Positions 16,923-26,805 of a DNA stretch of 58,218 nt are shown piece after piece (positions within the stretch are counted from its first letter, which is position 1; every line of letters starts with the position of its first letter). Origin of the DNA: a virus (taxonomy: Duplodnaviria; Caudoviricetes); the IMG/VR virus record IMGVR_UViG_3300043538_000065, positions 1 through 58,218 of that record. One strand, written 5' to 3'. The position numbers were made by a program, and so were the translations under genes. The notes under the pieces are model-generated. The model did not search any database. It saw only the letters and a program-made list of their open reading frames with translations, and had not been told where the DNA came from.

Positions 16923-18140
16923 TCACGACGCCCGCGCCTCGATCTCGACCGGCATGAAACCCGGATGTGACACGCTGTTGCGCGCAACCAGTTCGGCCGC
17001 TCGAGACGGGTCGCCATACAGCCGCCACGCCCAGACGAGCGACGGCAATTCAAGGTTCGAAGTCACAGTAATGACCGGCGCCAGTGTGGTGATCTTCTGG
17101 CTGAGGTAATCGACGGCAGCGCCTCGCAGGTTCTGCACGCAAGCAATCAGATTGCCGTTCCGCATATCCAATGCAAAACATTGCGCATCGAACAACTCAA
17201 CAATATCCGCGCGCAGCGTGATCCCCGCGGGGCGGTCCGAAATTGAATCGTCACGCGCAACGGATTCAGCAGAAACCATCAGTGCCGCCAGCCGCGCTGC
17301 AAGGCGGACCGCGTTGGCATTGCTGATGGCGAGTTGCCCGGACACCGTCGCGGCCAGGTCGACCGGCACGTCAGGAAGCACGTCCAGCAGCGGCAGGAAG
17401 GCCGCCCGCGCTCCCGGCGCGGCAATGCCGTCACCAAGTGCACGCGCAACGTCAACGATCCGGTTGCCGAGTGAAGGGTCAACGCCGGTCAAACGATGGA
17501 TCAGGCTTGGCGCGTCATCGTAAAGCGACTGAATCGCAGTACGCGTGATTGCACTGACCGCAATATCAACCGGCGCCGAGGTGCGTAGCTCCTCGAACAG
17601 CGAAGCCACATCGCGCACCGCATCAACGGCCGCGCCGACGACGTAATCCGGCATATCGAGCGCTGCAAGTTCGTCAACGCAGAAGTCTGCAATCGCAGGC
17701 TGTAGCTCATCGGCCTCGACAAAGACTTGGTTAGCGAGCGCGTTCTCCGAAGGCTGCGCCTTGGTGGCCCCATCGCGCACAAACTCCATCTCGATTGCGA
17801 TGTAGCCGTGCTTATCCCCCTTGCGGTCGCGCTTGAAGGTCAGACATTGCACCTCGATCGGACCGTGTGAGGGCAACACAAGTGTGCCGGCGCTTGCTTC
17901 GTCACAAATATTCATGAGAGCGTCGGCGTCTGTATCCGCCGTATCGGACGCGAGATATGCCGTGACGGAAAAATCGCGACGGTCCGCGCCAAGATCTTCA
18001 ACATAAGGATCGTCGCGGCCGGGAAACTGATGCACGGCCTTGCGGCGCGCACCTTTTTCCGTGTCGGAGTCGACCATAAACCCGACCGATTTATAGCTCG
18101 CAGGCCACAGTGTCTTGAGCCAGTCGCGCGCCAGGGTCAT
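16923..18140 (-). CDS. Mu gpN-like DNA circularisation/tail protein
   Basis: ASYKSVGF, HQFPGRD.PYVEDLG, LYGD.SRA.EL..RN...HPGF. Confidence 0.92.
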   Translation of the reverse strand: MTLARDWLKTLWPASYKSVGFMVDSDTEKGARRKAVHQFPGRDDPYVEDLGADRRDFSVTAYLASDTADTDADALMNICDEASAGTLVLPSHGPIEVQCLTFKRDRKGDKHGYIAIEMEFVRDGATKAQPSENALANQVFVEADELQPAIADFCVDELAALDMPDYVVGAAVDAVRDVASLFEELRTSAPVDIAVSAITRTAIQSLYDDAPSLIHRLTGVDPSLGNRIVDVARALGDGIAAPGARAAFLPLLDVLPDVPVDLAATVSGQLAISNANAVRLAARLAALMVSAESVARDDSISDRPAGITLRADIVELFDAQCFALDMRNGNLIACVQNLRGAAVDYLSQKITTLAPVITVTSNLELPSLVWAWRLYGDPSRAAELVARNSVSHPGFMPVEIEARAS

Positions 18141-20596
18141 CGATAGCCTCCGACCGTACCGCGCCATCCCGGCCGTGCGTCGGGTGAGGATTTGCCAACG
18201 CTGCCTGGACCGTGAAGCGGAAGACTTCCCGAAACCCACACGCTGTCGCCGCCATCCACGGTTACACGCTTGTCCTCGACCAATATCTTGACCTCGCCCT
18301 TTACTTCGGCGGTCCCGGTGACCTCAGTCTGCGCAGCGCCGAGCCGCGGAATTCCTAAGCGGTCGCGATCGGCGTTGTGGCTTGCGATTGTCGCATCGCG
18401 CAATCCCTTGCCGCGTTTGTTGCGGGATTCAGCTGCGCCGGGATTGTTGGCGTCCTGCGTCCACGGATACGACGCGGCGTACAACGCCGCGGGAACTGCG
18501 ACCGCTCCCAAAAATGGCACCGCGGCAGCAGCTCGGCCCCATACCGAAGCAAGACCGCCAGCAGCCGGCGCAGCCTTCGCGATATCCTTGCCAACTTCTT
18601 TCGCGCCGCCCGCAGCGCCGCTGGCACCAAGCCTGACAGCAGCCGCTGTAAGCGCCGCGGCACTATGATCCAACGCGACGGCTGAGGCTGTCAGTGCCGG
18701 CCCTCCGGTAAAGAGAGCTTTTAGGCTGATGATGCCCTTGATGCCGGCATAAGCCCCGCCCAAAGCGACTATCGATGCGCCCGCCATCACGACCTTGGAA
18801 TCAAGTTCGGCGAGGCTCTGCGTCAGCGCAGCCGCCCTGTTGGTGATCGCCGTTAGCGGACCTCCGGATCCGTCGCGATCAAACGAACGCCCGATAGCTG
18901 TCTCAAGGTTCTTAACCGCACCCTCGAACTTCGAAACAGCGCCGTCGAAGCCCGCCATCCTCTCTTCGGCGATCTTCTTGGCATAGCCGTCAGAGCCGGT
19001 CAGTAATTCCTTCATCATTTTCTTGAAGGTTTCCGGATCTCCCAGTGCGGTCGCGATCCGGCCGCCCTGCTTCGCTCCAAATACGGCATTGGCGAGTTGT
19101 AGGTTGCCCGGAATCTTTGTCATCAGGTCCGCTATGAACGCATTGACGTCGATCCCGCCCATCGATTTGTCTCGATAGCGGTTGGCCATGCCGGCGATGC
19201 TGCGCTTGCTCTTGGCGTCGTCGCCGCCGAGATTGTCGCCAAGGAAACTCATCACCGCCGGCGTGAATTTCGCCGGATCACTGATCAGCTTCTTGTTGGT
19301 GAAGATTTTTCCAAGCCCAGCCTGGGTTTTCTTGTCGAGTTTGACGCCATACTGCGCCGCGACGTTCTGTACAAACGGATCTAGCGCCAGGCTATCCGGC
19401 GTCTTCTGATAATTCTTGAAATTGAGCCCGTTCGCCAGCAGCGCCTCTTTCGCGCCGCGTGTCGGCGATTGCGCCGCCGCCATCAACGCCCGAAACGCTA
19501 CGCCGGACTCGTCGCCGCCCATATTGGCCTTTTTGCCGATACCCGCGAAGGCCAACAGCGTTTGTTCAGACACGCCCGACATCCGGGAGGGCGTAGCACC
19601 GAACTTGTAGGCCGCCTTGATGTCGTCCGGCGTCATGCCGGAAATCTTCGCGGCCTTCACTTGCAGATCGGCGGTTTGCTTTGCCGACGCCAGTGCGGCA
19701 GGCAGCGAACTGATGTCTTTCTTGAAGCCAAAGATTGCGCCCTCCATCTGTTTGACAGCGTCGGGCAGCTTCAGGTCCATCGACATGCCGAGATTGCCGG
19801 CCGGCTCCATCATCCCCATGATCTGATCTTTCTTCAGACCGCGCGCGGCGAGTTCGCGCTGGGCTTCAAGTACCTGGATATCGTTGAACTTGGTTTTGGC
19901 TCCCATATGGATGGCTTGATCAACCAACGGTTTCTGCTCTTCGTCGGTTAGTCCCATCACCGCCTTGCCGAACCGGCGCTCCTTGTCGAATTCGCGGTAG
20001 GTTTCCAGCGTCGCACGGCCGGCGTGTGCTACCTTGTGCGCAGCCATCAAGCCCACCAGGCCGGCGGCGTTGCCTATTTCCTCTCTCCGCACGGAGTTGC
20101 GCTTTTGCCGCGCCATCGCCGCCGTGGTCCGCTCAATTGACCTGCGAAGCCTGTCCTGTTCCGCCGCGACGTTCTTGACCGGACCGCCAAAGCCCTCCAG
20201 CGCACGCTTCGAAGACAGCACTTCGCTCTTTTGAAGAGCGAACGCCTTGGCCGCCGCCGAAACTGCGGAAGCCGCGCGGCGATGCGCCATCTCAAGGGCG
20301 CGCGTCGGCGCTTCAGCCGCCGCAAGCGCCTTGGCATGCCGCTCGACAGCGATCTGCGCTTCCCGAAACCGCGTCCGCGCATCGGCAAATCCCCCACGGG
20401 CGCGGTTGAACCGGTCGAGAGCCTCCATTTGCTGCTTGGCGCGCTCGATCGATGCCGCCATGCGGTCGACTGCACTGGCCGACTTTCCGGCGGCCTCGAG
20501 CTGTTTCAGCTTCTTCGCTACCTTGTCGATAGCATCGCCCGCACCGGCATCGCTGCCGGTGATTTTGAGCTTTGCTTCGATGATACGGCTGGGCAT
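18137..20596 (-). CDS. Tape measure protein
   Basis: 819 aa Ala-rich helical protein between chaperone and gpN. Confidence 0.92.
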   Translation of the reverse strand: MPSRIIEAKLKITGSDAGAGDAIDKVAKKLKQLEAAGKSASAVDRMAASIERAKQQMEALDRFNRARGGFADARTRFREAQIAVERHAKALAAAEAPTRALEMAHRRAASAVSAAAKAFALQKSEVLSSKRALEGFGGPVKNVAAEQDRLRRSIERTTAAMARQKRNSVRREEIGNAAGLVGLMAAHKVAHAGRATLETYREFDKERRFGKAVMGLTDEEQKPLVDQAIHMGAKTKFNDIQVLEAQRELAARGLKKDQIMGMMEPAGNLGMSMDLKLPDAVKQMEGAIFGFKKDISSLPAALASAKQTADLQVKAAKISGMTPDDIKAAYKFGATPSRMSGVSEQTLLAFAGIGKKANMGGDESGVAFRALMAAAQSPTRGAKEALLANGLNFKNYQKTPDSLALDPFVQNVAAQYGVKLDKKTQAGLGKIFTNKKLISDPAKFTPAVMSFLGDNLGGDDAKSKRSIAGMANRYRDKSMGGIDVNAFIADLMTKIPGNLQLANAVFGAKQGGRIATALGDPETFKKMMKELLTGSDGYAKKIAEERMAGFDGAVSKFEGAVKNLETAIGRSFDRDGSGGPLTAITNRAAALTQSLAELDSKVVMAGASIVALGGAYAGIKGIISLKALFTGGPALTASAVALDHSAAALTAAAVRLGASGAAGGAKEVGKDIAKAAPAAGGLASVWGRAAAAVPFLGAVAVPAALYAASYPWTQDANNPGAAESRNKRGKGLRDATIASHNADRDRLGIPRLGAAQTEVTGTAEVKGEVKILVEDKRVTVDGGDSVWVSGSLPLHGPGSVGKSSPDARPGWRGTVGGYR

Positions 20597-20607
20597 TTAA
20601 GAGCGTT

Positions 20608-20775
20608 TCACCTTTTGGAACGGCGCTTGCTGCGCTCGACAGCGCGGCTTTGCCAGTAAAGCAGTTTGGAGATCGTCAGGCGCCCGACGGCATCGGCATC
20701 AACCCCGCATTCGAACGCGAGATCGTCCGCCGCGTCCTCTATTCCGCGCTCGCCGGCGCGTCGGGCTGGAAAAAA
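20608..20775 (-). CDS. -1 frameshift extension of tail assembly chaperone (E+E'/G-T type)
   Basis: Slippery T TTT TTC at 20775-20769; -1 frame open to TGA at 20608. Confidence 0.75.
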   Translation of the reverse strand, partial: FFPARRAGERGIEDAADDLAFECGVDADAVGRLTISKLLYWQSRAVERSKRRSKR

Positions 20776-21056
20776 GCGAGAAACTTGTCCTTGATGTCGA
20801 TCGCTGTCCGGCCGTTGACCTGCGCCAGCAGCGCAGGATCCTTTGGCTCAACGATGCAGCGCTCCAGATACGCCCGGATTACATCGGAATTCTCGACCTG
20901 GAACGGCACATTTGAGGCCGTCATTGCGATCGTATAGGGATCGCCAAGGTCAATTACGTCGTCGAACATCGGCTCACGGATAATGACAGCCGCAACCTCA
21001 AGGCCGTTCGGTCCCTTGAGCGGCTTTTTGAGTGAGATGGTGACTGTTTCACCCAT
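20739..21056 (-). CDS. Tail assembly chaperone
   Basis: Between tube and tape measure; L.KP...IREP motif. Confidence 0.85.
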   Translation of the reverse strand: MGETVTISLKKPLKGPNGLEVAAVIIREPMFDDVIDLGDPYTIAMTASNVPFQVENSDVIRAYLERCIVEPKDPALLAQVNGRTAIDIKDKFLAFFQPDAPASAE

Positions 21057-21448
21057 CACACGCTCTCATAGTCATCGGCGGCGATACCGAGACCGGAAAT
21101 TTCGCCAGTCGAGAGGTTCTGTTGAGGCTCGCCGGTAAAAAATGCACCTGAAAGCAGATGCTGCTTGCCGCGATTGTCTTTTTCGGTGAACGTTACCGGC
21201 AAATCGATGATCAACATCATCGTTTCGTCCCATTTCATCACAGAACCGTCCGGCGCAGTCAGCACGGAGCCTTGATCGAATGTGACTTCGGCGGTGCGCG
21301 GCTTCGGCGTAACCGTGCGGTAGGTCGAGCCATCCGAATTCGACTTGGCCTCGACGGAAATGTTCGACTTGTTGAGTGTAATCTCACCGCGCGCCGAATA
21401 CGGCACGCCGGCAATGACGATCGACACGCGACCAGTGCTGGTTGGCAT
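21056..21448 (-). CDS. Tail tube protein
   Basis: 130 aa, immediately after sheath. Confidence 0.85.
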   Translation of the reverse strand: MPTSTGRVSIVIAGVPYSARGEITLNKSNISVEAKSNSDGSTYRTVTPKPRTAEVTFDQGSVLTAPDGSVMKWDETMMLIIDLPVTFTEKDNRGKQHLLSGAFFTGEPQQNLSTGEISGLGIAADDYESV

Positions 21449-21491
21449 GAAAAGCTCCTATTTTGTCAGCGAAAGAGGCGACGCTTGCGAG

Positions 21492-22988
21492 TTACGCCGG
21501 AAATTGCAGGAATGTGGTCGCGTTCGCTGCGAAGATGCGCAACTGGTTGATCACGTCGACCGGCAGGTAGGCGTTGACGCGGTTCGGATCGTCCGAACGC
21601 TCCACCACCAGGCGTTCAGCGAACAGCCCAGAATTTTCCACCAACCCGCCGCGCTCCATCTCCTTGTAGGCATGGACACACTCGGCCTTCAGCGTCGCCA
21701 CGGTCACGATCGTCGGTTTGTTGCCGGGATTGTCGTCGGCAAGCGAGCATCGCGAATAGTTCTGTGCGATGCGCTGCCGCATGTAGCGCACGAAATACAC
21801 CATCTGAGCGCGGGTATCGACGTCGAGCCAGGTGATATCCGGCTGGCCCGCGGCATTGGTCTGATAGGTGGTGATCAGCCGGTCGATGCGAACCGTGCCG
21901 TCCGGATCGACGGTGAAGCCGGAGATGCCGTCCAGATAGAGTTGCTGGCGCTGGGTTTTAGTGAACCAGTTGATCCGCGACTTGGGCGGCTTGACGCCAA
22001 CCAGTTCCAGCGTCTGCAGCGGACGGCTGATCTGATAGGCCTGGTCCACGGAGCCTGCCAGGTTCTTTGCTTGCGCGACGGCCGCGCCGATCGCCGCCAC
22101 CCATACCCACGGCGGCGAGGATGATTCCACCACGCCCATGATTTCCGCGTTCGGATCATTGCGCGACGCACCGGCCGCCGCGAGGTTGCCGAAGGTATCG
22201 AACGACGCGGTGATGTAGTTGCCGTAGGTCTGCTGCATCGGCGACCAGCGGTCGGCCAGGAACGCCTGGATGGCATTGAGCGACGTGGTGTCAGCATAGG
22301 GCGCAGCGATCCAGTCGTATTCCTGATCGCCCAACGCTGCGAGCCCGGTCGCGAGCGAGGGCACCAGCGTGCCAGCGGTCGGCGCTGCGATGGTGAGATA
22401 CTGCGCCAGCGCGCCTTCGTTGCCGAGCAGATCCCTGTCGACCGCGATTGCGTTGCCCATTGTGCCGACGTTGCGCGCGGTCAGCGACACCACATTGGCC
22501 GCAACCGACGCAATGACCGGGAACGACAGCGCGCGGCCGAATTTGACATAGCCAAGATTGATCGCCGCGGAAAGATTGGTCGCGACGTTGGCATTGGTAT
22601 CCGCCGCCGCGACCGGCACAGAGACCGGCTCGCCCTGGATGTATACAGTCACCGCACCGACACTGCCGAGAATGCCGACGCCGACCGTGACTGTCTTGAT
22701 GGCCGCAACGCCGCCGGGATCGGCCAGCGGCAACGCCCAGATTTCTCCGAGCGGAAAACCCTGCCGGGCATACAGCGCCATGTCGGCGAGCATGGAGCCT
22801 GCGCCGAACATCACGGTCGGATCGCCGTCGACCCGAATGGGAGCGTTCGCGGGCGCGGTCCCGGCGCCGGTCTTCTGCCCGATCAAGAGCGTGCGGCTGG
22901 CGGAAAGATAAGGCGACTGCCCCGCGTTGATCTCGAAATAGGCGAACGGCACGCGGATGTTCGAGGGGATTTGGTTGAAAGTGACCAT
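21492..22988 (-). CDS. Tail sheath protein (Mu gpL-like)
   Basis: FNQIPSNIRVP, FGAGSML, RPLQTL, ITTYQTN. Confidence 0.95.
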   Translation of the reverse strand: MVTFNQIPSNIRVPFAYFEINAGQSPYLSASRTLLIGQKTGAGTAPANAPIRVDGDPTVMFGAGSMLADMALYARQGFPLGEIWALPLADPGGVAAIKTVTVGVGILGSVGAVTVYIQGEPVSVPVAAADTNANVATNLSAAINLGYVKFGRALSFPVIASVAANVVSLTARNVGTMGNAIAVDRDLLGNEGALAQYLTIAAPTAGTLVPSLATGLAALGDQEYDWIAAPYADTTSLNAIQAFLADRWSPMQQTYGNYITASFDTFGNLAAAGASRNDPNAEIMGVVESSSPPWVWVAAIGAAVAQAKNLAGSVDQAYQISRPLQTLELVGVKPPKSRINWFTKTQRQQLYLDGISGFTVDPDGTVRIDRLITTYQTNAAGQPDITWLDVDTRAQMVYFVRYMRQRIAQNYSRCSLADDNPGNKPTIVTVATLKAECVHAYKEMERGGLVENSGLFAERLVVERSDDPNRVNAYLPVDVINQLRIFAANATTFLQFPA

Positions 22989-22994
22989 CGACGT

Positions 22995-23225
22995 TCAGTC
23001 CTCTGAGCTTTGCGCAACGGCGGCGGGTTTGTCCGGCGCTGGCGCAGGTTGCGGGTCGGGCGAGGCTTTCGGCGGATCCGTCTCGACGACGTCCTCGCCG
23101 ATGATCAGCCTCTCATAATAGGTGTCACGCGGGACCATCGCGCCGACATCGGGCATGACCTGGCCTCCTCGTTCCGGCTGGCGGATGCGCGCACCCTTGC
23201 TCGGCTTGACGTATACAGTGTCCAT
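22995..23225 (-). CDS. DUF2635 / Mu gp38-like protein
   Basis: YVKP..G.RIRQP...G..VP...YY.R; precedes sheath. Confidence 0.8.
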   Translation of the reverse strand: MDTVYVKPSKGARIRQPERGGQVMPDVGAMVPRDTYYERLIIGEDVVETDPPKASPDPQPAPAPDKPAAVAQSSED

Positions 23226-23241
23226 CGCTGTGTCTCTCTGG

Positions 23242-24012
23242 TTAAGCCTGTGGGAGATCGACCGTGAGAACAACTTCGCGGTCGTCTGGAAATTCGGTTT
23301 TCACCGCATCGCCGGCGTCGGCGCGGAAATCGAAGCCTTCGAGAGCAATGCCGGCCGTGATCTGCGCAAGCATCGCCGCTAGCGCGGCGCACGTCACGCC
23401 GCCGGACGATTCAGGCGGCAACAACTTTGCGACCGAGCGCAACGGCTCCGGCAGGGCATCGAGGCCCACCGGCGTCGGCGCGTTAGCATCGAGCACCTCG
23501 ATCTGATCGTCATTGACGCGACAGCGCAGCGTAAGCAGGCGCGATGCGATCTTCACGCCATCGTCGGTTGCGGCGCGATGACATGCGCGATGCACGATGC
23601 GCGCAACCTGGCGAAACATGACCGAATAAGGCGACAACCCGAAAGCCAGTTCGCGTATCGCCTGGAATTCCAGAAAGTCCAGCGATGCTTCGAGCCGCGC
23701 ATCGGTGTCCGGCGCTTCAACCACATAGATCGAAGCAACAGGATTGTTCGGATCGACATACTGCACGCGCGAGGCGATCGATAGCTCGAGATTGAGGTCG
23801 ATCATGCGGTCGAACGGCGGCCCGCCATTCTGGTCCGACAACGCATCCCCATCATCGTCGTCGCAGATCACCATGATGACCGGCAGGCCATCCTCCGGCA
23901 CGCTCTCCGGCGACAGGTCCGCCAGGCGGCTGTCGTCGACCCTCCCTTCCGCAATCGTCCTGCCGGACAATGCAGCGGCCGTAATCAGCCGCAGCGCGGT
24001 TCGGGCCAGCAT
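23242..24012 (-). CDS. Putative tail terminator/neck protein
   Basis: Synteny; acidic 256 aa. Confidence 0.6.
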   Translation of the reverse strand: MLARTALRLITAAALSGRTIAEGRVDDSRLADLSPESVPEDGLPVIMVICDDDDGDALSDQNGGPPFDRMIDLNLELSIASRVQYVDPNNPVASIYVVEAPDTDARLEASLDFLEFQAIRELAFGLSPYSVMFRQVARIVHRACHRAATDDGVKIASRLLTLRCRVNDDQIEVLDANAPTPVGLDALPEPLRSVAKLLPPESSGGVTCAALAAMLAQITAGIALEGFDFRADAGDAVKTEFPDDREVVLTVDLPQA

Positions 24013-24013
24013 G

Positions 24014-24409
24014 TCAGGCGGTCTTTCCGGTCAGGAAGAACAAGGTGCGCGCGACGCCGTCCGGCATCGGCCGTGCGACCTCGTATTGCATCCCCGTCTT
24101 AAGCCGGGTAATGCGATCGCCGGTAACGACCACCCATACCAGCTTCGCATTGTCCACCGATACGAACGGCTCAGTAATGACGTGGCGCTGCGCCTGGTTG
24201 TTTTCCGTCCCACGCGCGAGCGGAAAGCCTGACTTCGACGGATCGATAAAGCCACCAACCGCATCGAACTTCAGCCGCGCAGTATCAAGCACCTTCGGCG
24301 ATCCACGATCAACGCCCGCCTTCATACCGATGAAGGTGAAGGTCTCGCCGTAGATCGTATCGACCGCCGCCGATGTCAGAGCAGCGGCGGTCTCGAAGGG
24401 AGTCGGCAT
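24014..24409 (-). CDS. Head-tail joining protein (gpFII-like)
   Basis: Synteny; GDRI...YEV...PDG. Confidence 0.7.
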   Translation of the reverse strand: MPTPFETAAALTSAAVDTIYGETFTFIGMKAGVDRGSPKVLDTARLKFDAVGGFIDPSKSGFPLARGTENNQAQRHVITEPFVSVDNAKLVWVVVTGDRITRLKTGMQYEVARPMPDGVARTLFFLTGKTA

Positions 24410-24468
24410 TAAGGTTCAATCCCCCGCAAACTCAGCGAACCTGCGCCAATCGGCGCAGGCCTCAACGA

Positions 24469-25485
24469 TCAGGTCAGCTTGCCCTTGACCAAGGCCTTTG
24501 GCCGCGTGCACAGCGACAACGCGTTCATCTGGCTGTCCAGATTGATGCCCTTATCGTTTTCCATAAGGTACTGTTTCAAGTAGATGCGCTGGCCGATGGT
24601 ATTGACCGTCTCGACATAGTCGGCGGGCGCGAAATAGGTCCGGAACAGGTTTGGGACACCGAGCGGGAAGATGTGGCATTTGTTGGTGTTGATAAACCCG
24701 GTTCCGCCCACTGCGCCGCGATAGTTTTCCCAGATGATGCCTCCAAACTCGAACGAGCCGAAGGACATGCCGTTCATCACATAGGCCTTGCGCAATTCGG
24801 CCGCTGCCGGATTGTTAAGGAACGTGGCACGAACTTCCGGATGTGCCAACAGAGCGTCGAAGAACGCATCGCCGCAGAGTGCGTGCAGGCCGGCGAACGG
24901 AATGCCGCCGAGATTGTTCGAGACCTGACGAATAACGGCCGCAACCGCCTTGCGCAAGGCGCCTGGAGCCGGGGCCGGATCGTCAAGATTGAAGTCGATT
25001 TCAGCGTCCTGCGCGATACCGAACGAGGCAAACAGATCAGTAGTGGCCCCGTCGGCATAGGTGATCAGACCGATCACCGCGCCGATACGTTGATACTCCA
25101 GCGTGACCTCATGCGAGGGCCGATGAATACCGATACGGTCGGCAACCACACCCATCACGGTTTGCAGCTGGTTTTCCGTTCCCCAGGCGCGCACCCCCTG
25201 CACCTCGTCGGCATAGATGGCGTCATTGATCTCAAAGTGAGGTACGACAAACGGTCGTGCAATCGCCTTGTTCTTGCCGAGCGTATTGCCGGGACCGCCG
25301 CGCGGCGTCGGCGGGATCAGGATCAGATTGCCGTCCTTTTCCTCCAGCACGATGGTGGTGGTTGTGACGCCCCGCTCGTTGAAGAGACCCATCTGACCGA
25401 GCCGGCCGGGTGCGAACAGCGGCTTGTTGATCGCGTCGGTGAGACTAACCACGCCGAACGCATTGTTATTAAAGATGTCCAACAT
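24469..25485 (-). CDS. Major capsid protein (lambda gpE family)
   Basis: LTDAIN, PGRLGQMGLF, TLEYQRIGA, FAPADY. Confidence 0.95.
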   Translation of the reverse strand: MLDIFNNNAFGVVSLTDAINKPLFAPGRLGQMGLFNERGVTTTTIVLEEKDGNLILIPPTPRGGPGNTLGKNKAIARPFVVPHFEINDAIYADEVQGVRAWGTENQLQTVMGVVADRIGIHRPSHEVTLEYQRIGAVIGLITYADGATTDLFASFGIAQDAEIDFNLDDPAPAPGALRKAVAAVIRQVSNNLGGIPFAGLHALCGDAFFDALLAHPEVRATFLNNPAAAELRKAYVMNGMSFGSFEFGGIIWENYRGAVGGTGFINTNKCHIFPLGVPNLFRTYFAPADYVETVNTIGQRIYLKQYLMENDKGINLDSQMNALSLCTRPKALVKGKLT

Positions 25486-25547
25486 GGTTCGTTGGTCCTT
25501 CCGTTTTGATGAGTGGTGGGATAGAATGAAACGTCTGAGACCTTCGG

Positions 25548-26213
25548 TCAGCGGACCATGATCATCCGTTTGCGCAACTGCTCGATGGCTTCCGCCTTTT
25601 GCGGCGCAGTGATGCCGGCCGGCCATTCGATACATTTGCCGTTGACTTCGGCACCACGCACGATCGCGGCGATCTTGGTGGTGGTCGCTCCGTCATTAAC
25701 GACGGGATAGATCGCGATGCCGGCTGCGTTTTGCGAACCATCCGCGCCGGCCGGATTAAGCGCGACGTAAGTCAGGTCGCCGGGCGTCTCGATCCCGATA
25801 CGGACCTTGAAACTGTCGCCGATAATGAAGTCGGTCGTGCCGTCGGCGATCGTCAACTTTATTTCCTTATCGAAGGCGACAGGCACGATCAACGGGCCGA
25901 TCTCACGGCCGTCGGGCGTCTGGACACTGAAGGTTCCTGAGTTGGCCGCAGCAGCCGTGCAGGTCAACAGATAGTCGCCATCGACTGCAGCCTGGCTTGT
26001 CGCCGGATTCGCCAGCGCCGCCACGCCATTGCCCGTGTTGGCGCCAATGATGATCAAGGAAGTCTCGCCGGCCACGATCGGCGCCGCGCCAAGCACGCCA
26101 CCAACGAGGATGGTTTGCGAAATACCGATCAGCACATTTTCACGCGAGCCGTGACCGTCCAGCTCGGAAAGGATGAACTCGCCCGGATGACGGGCCTCGA
26201 TGAAGGTTGTCAT
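25548..26213 (-). CDS. Head decoration protein (gpD family)
   Basis: EFILSE...SRE, DGSQNAAGI, WPAGIT. Confidence 0.88.
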   Translation of the reverse strand: MTTFIEARHPGEFILSELDGHGSRENVLIGISQTILVGGVLGAAPIVAGETSLIIIGANTGNGVAALANPATSQAAVDGDYLLTCTAAAANSGTFSVQTPDGREIGPLIVPVAFDKEIKLTIADGTTDFIIGDSFKVRIGIETPGDLTYVALNPAGADGSQNAAGIAIYPVVNDGATTTKIAAIVRGAEVNGKCIEWPAGITAPQKAEAIEQLRKRMIMVR

Positions 26214-26282
26214 GTTTCAGGATTCCGTTCGTTGTAGGGGGGAAAGGGAAGATTCAAAAACTCAGAGCCGAAAAAAAACGGC

Positions 26283-26747
26283 TTAAGCGATTTTCATTCC
26301 GCGTTTCGTCAGGACGCTGCCCCACGCCTCACCGGTCGCGGCCGCATCCATCTGCTGCCCGGAGTTTTCATCCGCCCCGAGTTTCGGATCCGGAACGGAG
26401 CCATCGAGACGCGACAGCGACTGACCCTTTGGCGCGTCTTTGAGCATATCGATCGCAGCATCCGCCGACATGTTGCTATCGAAAGCGAGCCGATGAGCCA
26501 TCTTCTCGCGACCCTTGGCTTCAGCGTGACCGAGGATCGCCTTGCAGCGGACGTTCGCCGCAGCAACGGCGTCGGAACCGATCTTGGTGGCGTCATTGCC
26601 AGCCTTCTGCAAACCAACCTTCTCGCCCTCGGCAAGCGCCGCAGCGATTGCACTCGAAAGAGCATCTCGCGACACGGAATCCTTTGCGTCCATGCTCAAT
26701 CCAGCCGCAGCGTACACGGCCGCAAGCCCGGTCAGTGCCGTTGTCAT
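26283..26747 (-). CDS. Scaffold-like protein
   Basis: RCKAILGHAEAKGRE..A..LAF as in gpC/Nu3 C-termini. Confidence 0.7.
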   Translation of the reverse strand: MTTALTGLAAVYAAAGLSMDAKDSVSRDALSSAIAAALAEGEKVGLQKAGNDATKIGSDAVAAANVRCKAILGHAEAKGREKMAHRLAFDSNMSADAAIDMLKDAPKGQSLSRLDGSVPDPKLGADENSGQQMDAAATGEAWGSVLTKRGMKIA

Positions 26748-26805
26748 TTCAATCTCTCCATTCTTCGGGGGTGGTAAGCGGACGCCGCGATGCAGAGCCC
26801 GGAGA

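Noticed and set aside
24373-25509. 378-aa plus-strand ORF
   Set aside because: Antisense shadow of the major capsid gene
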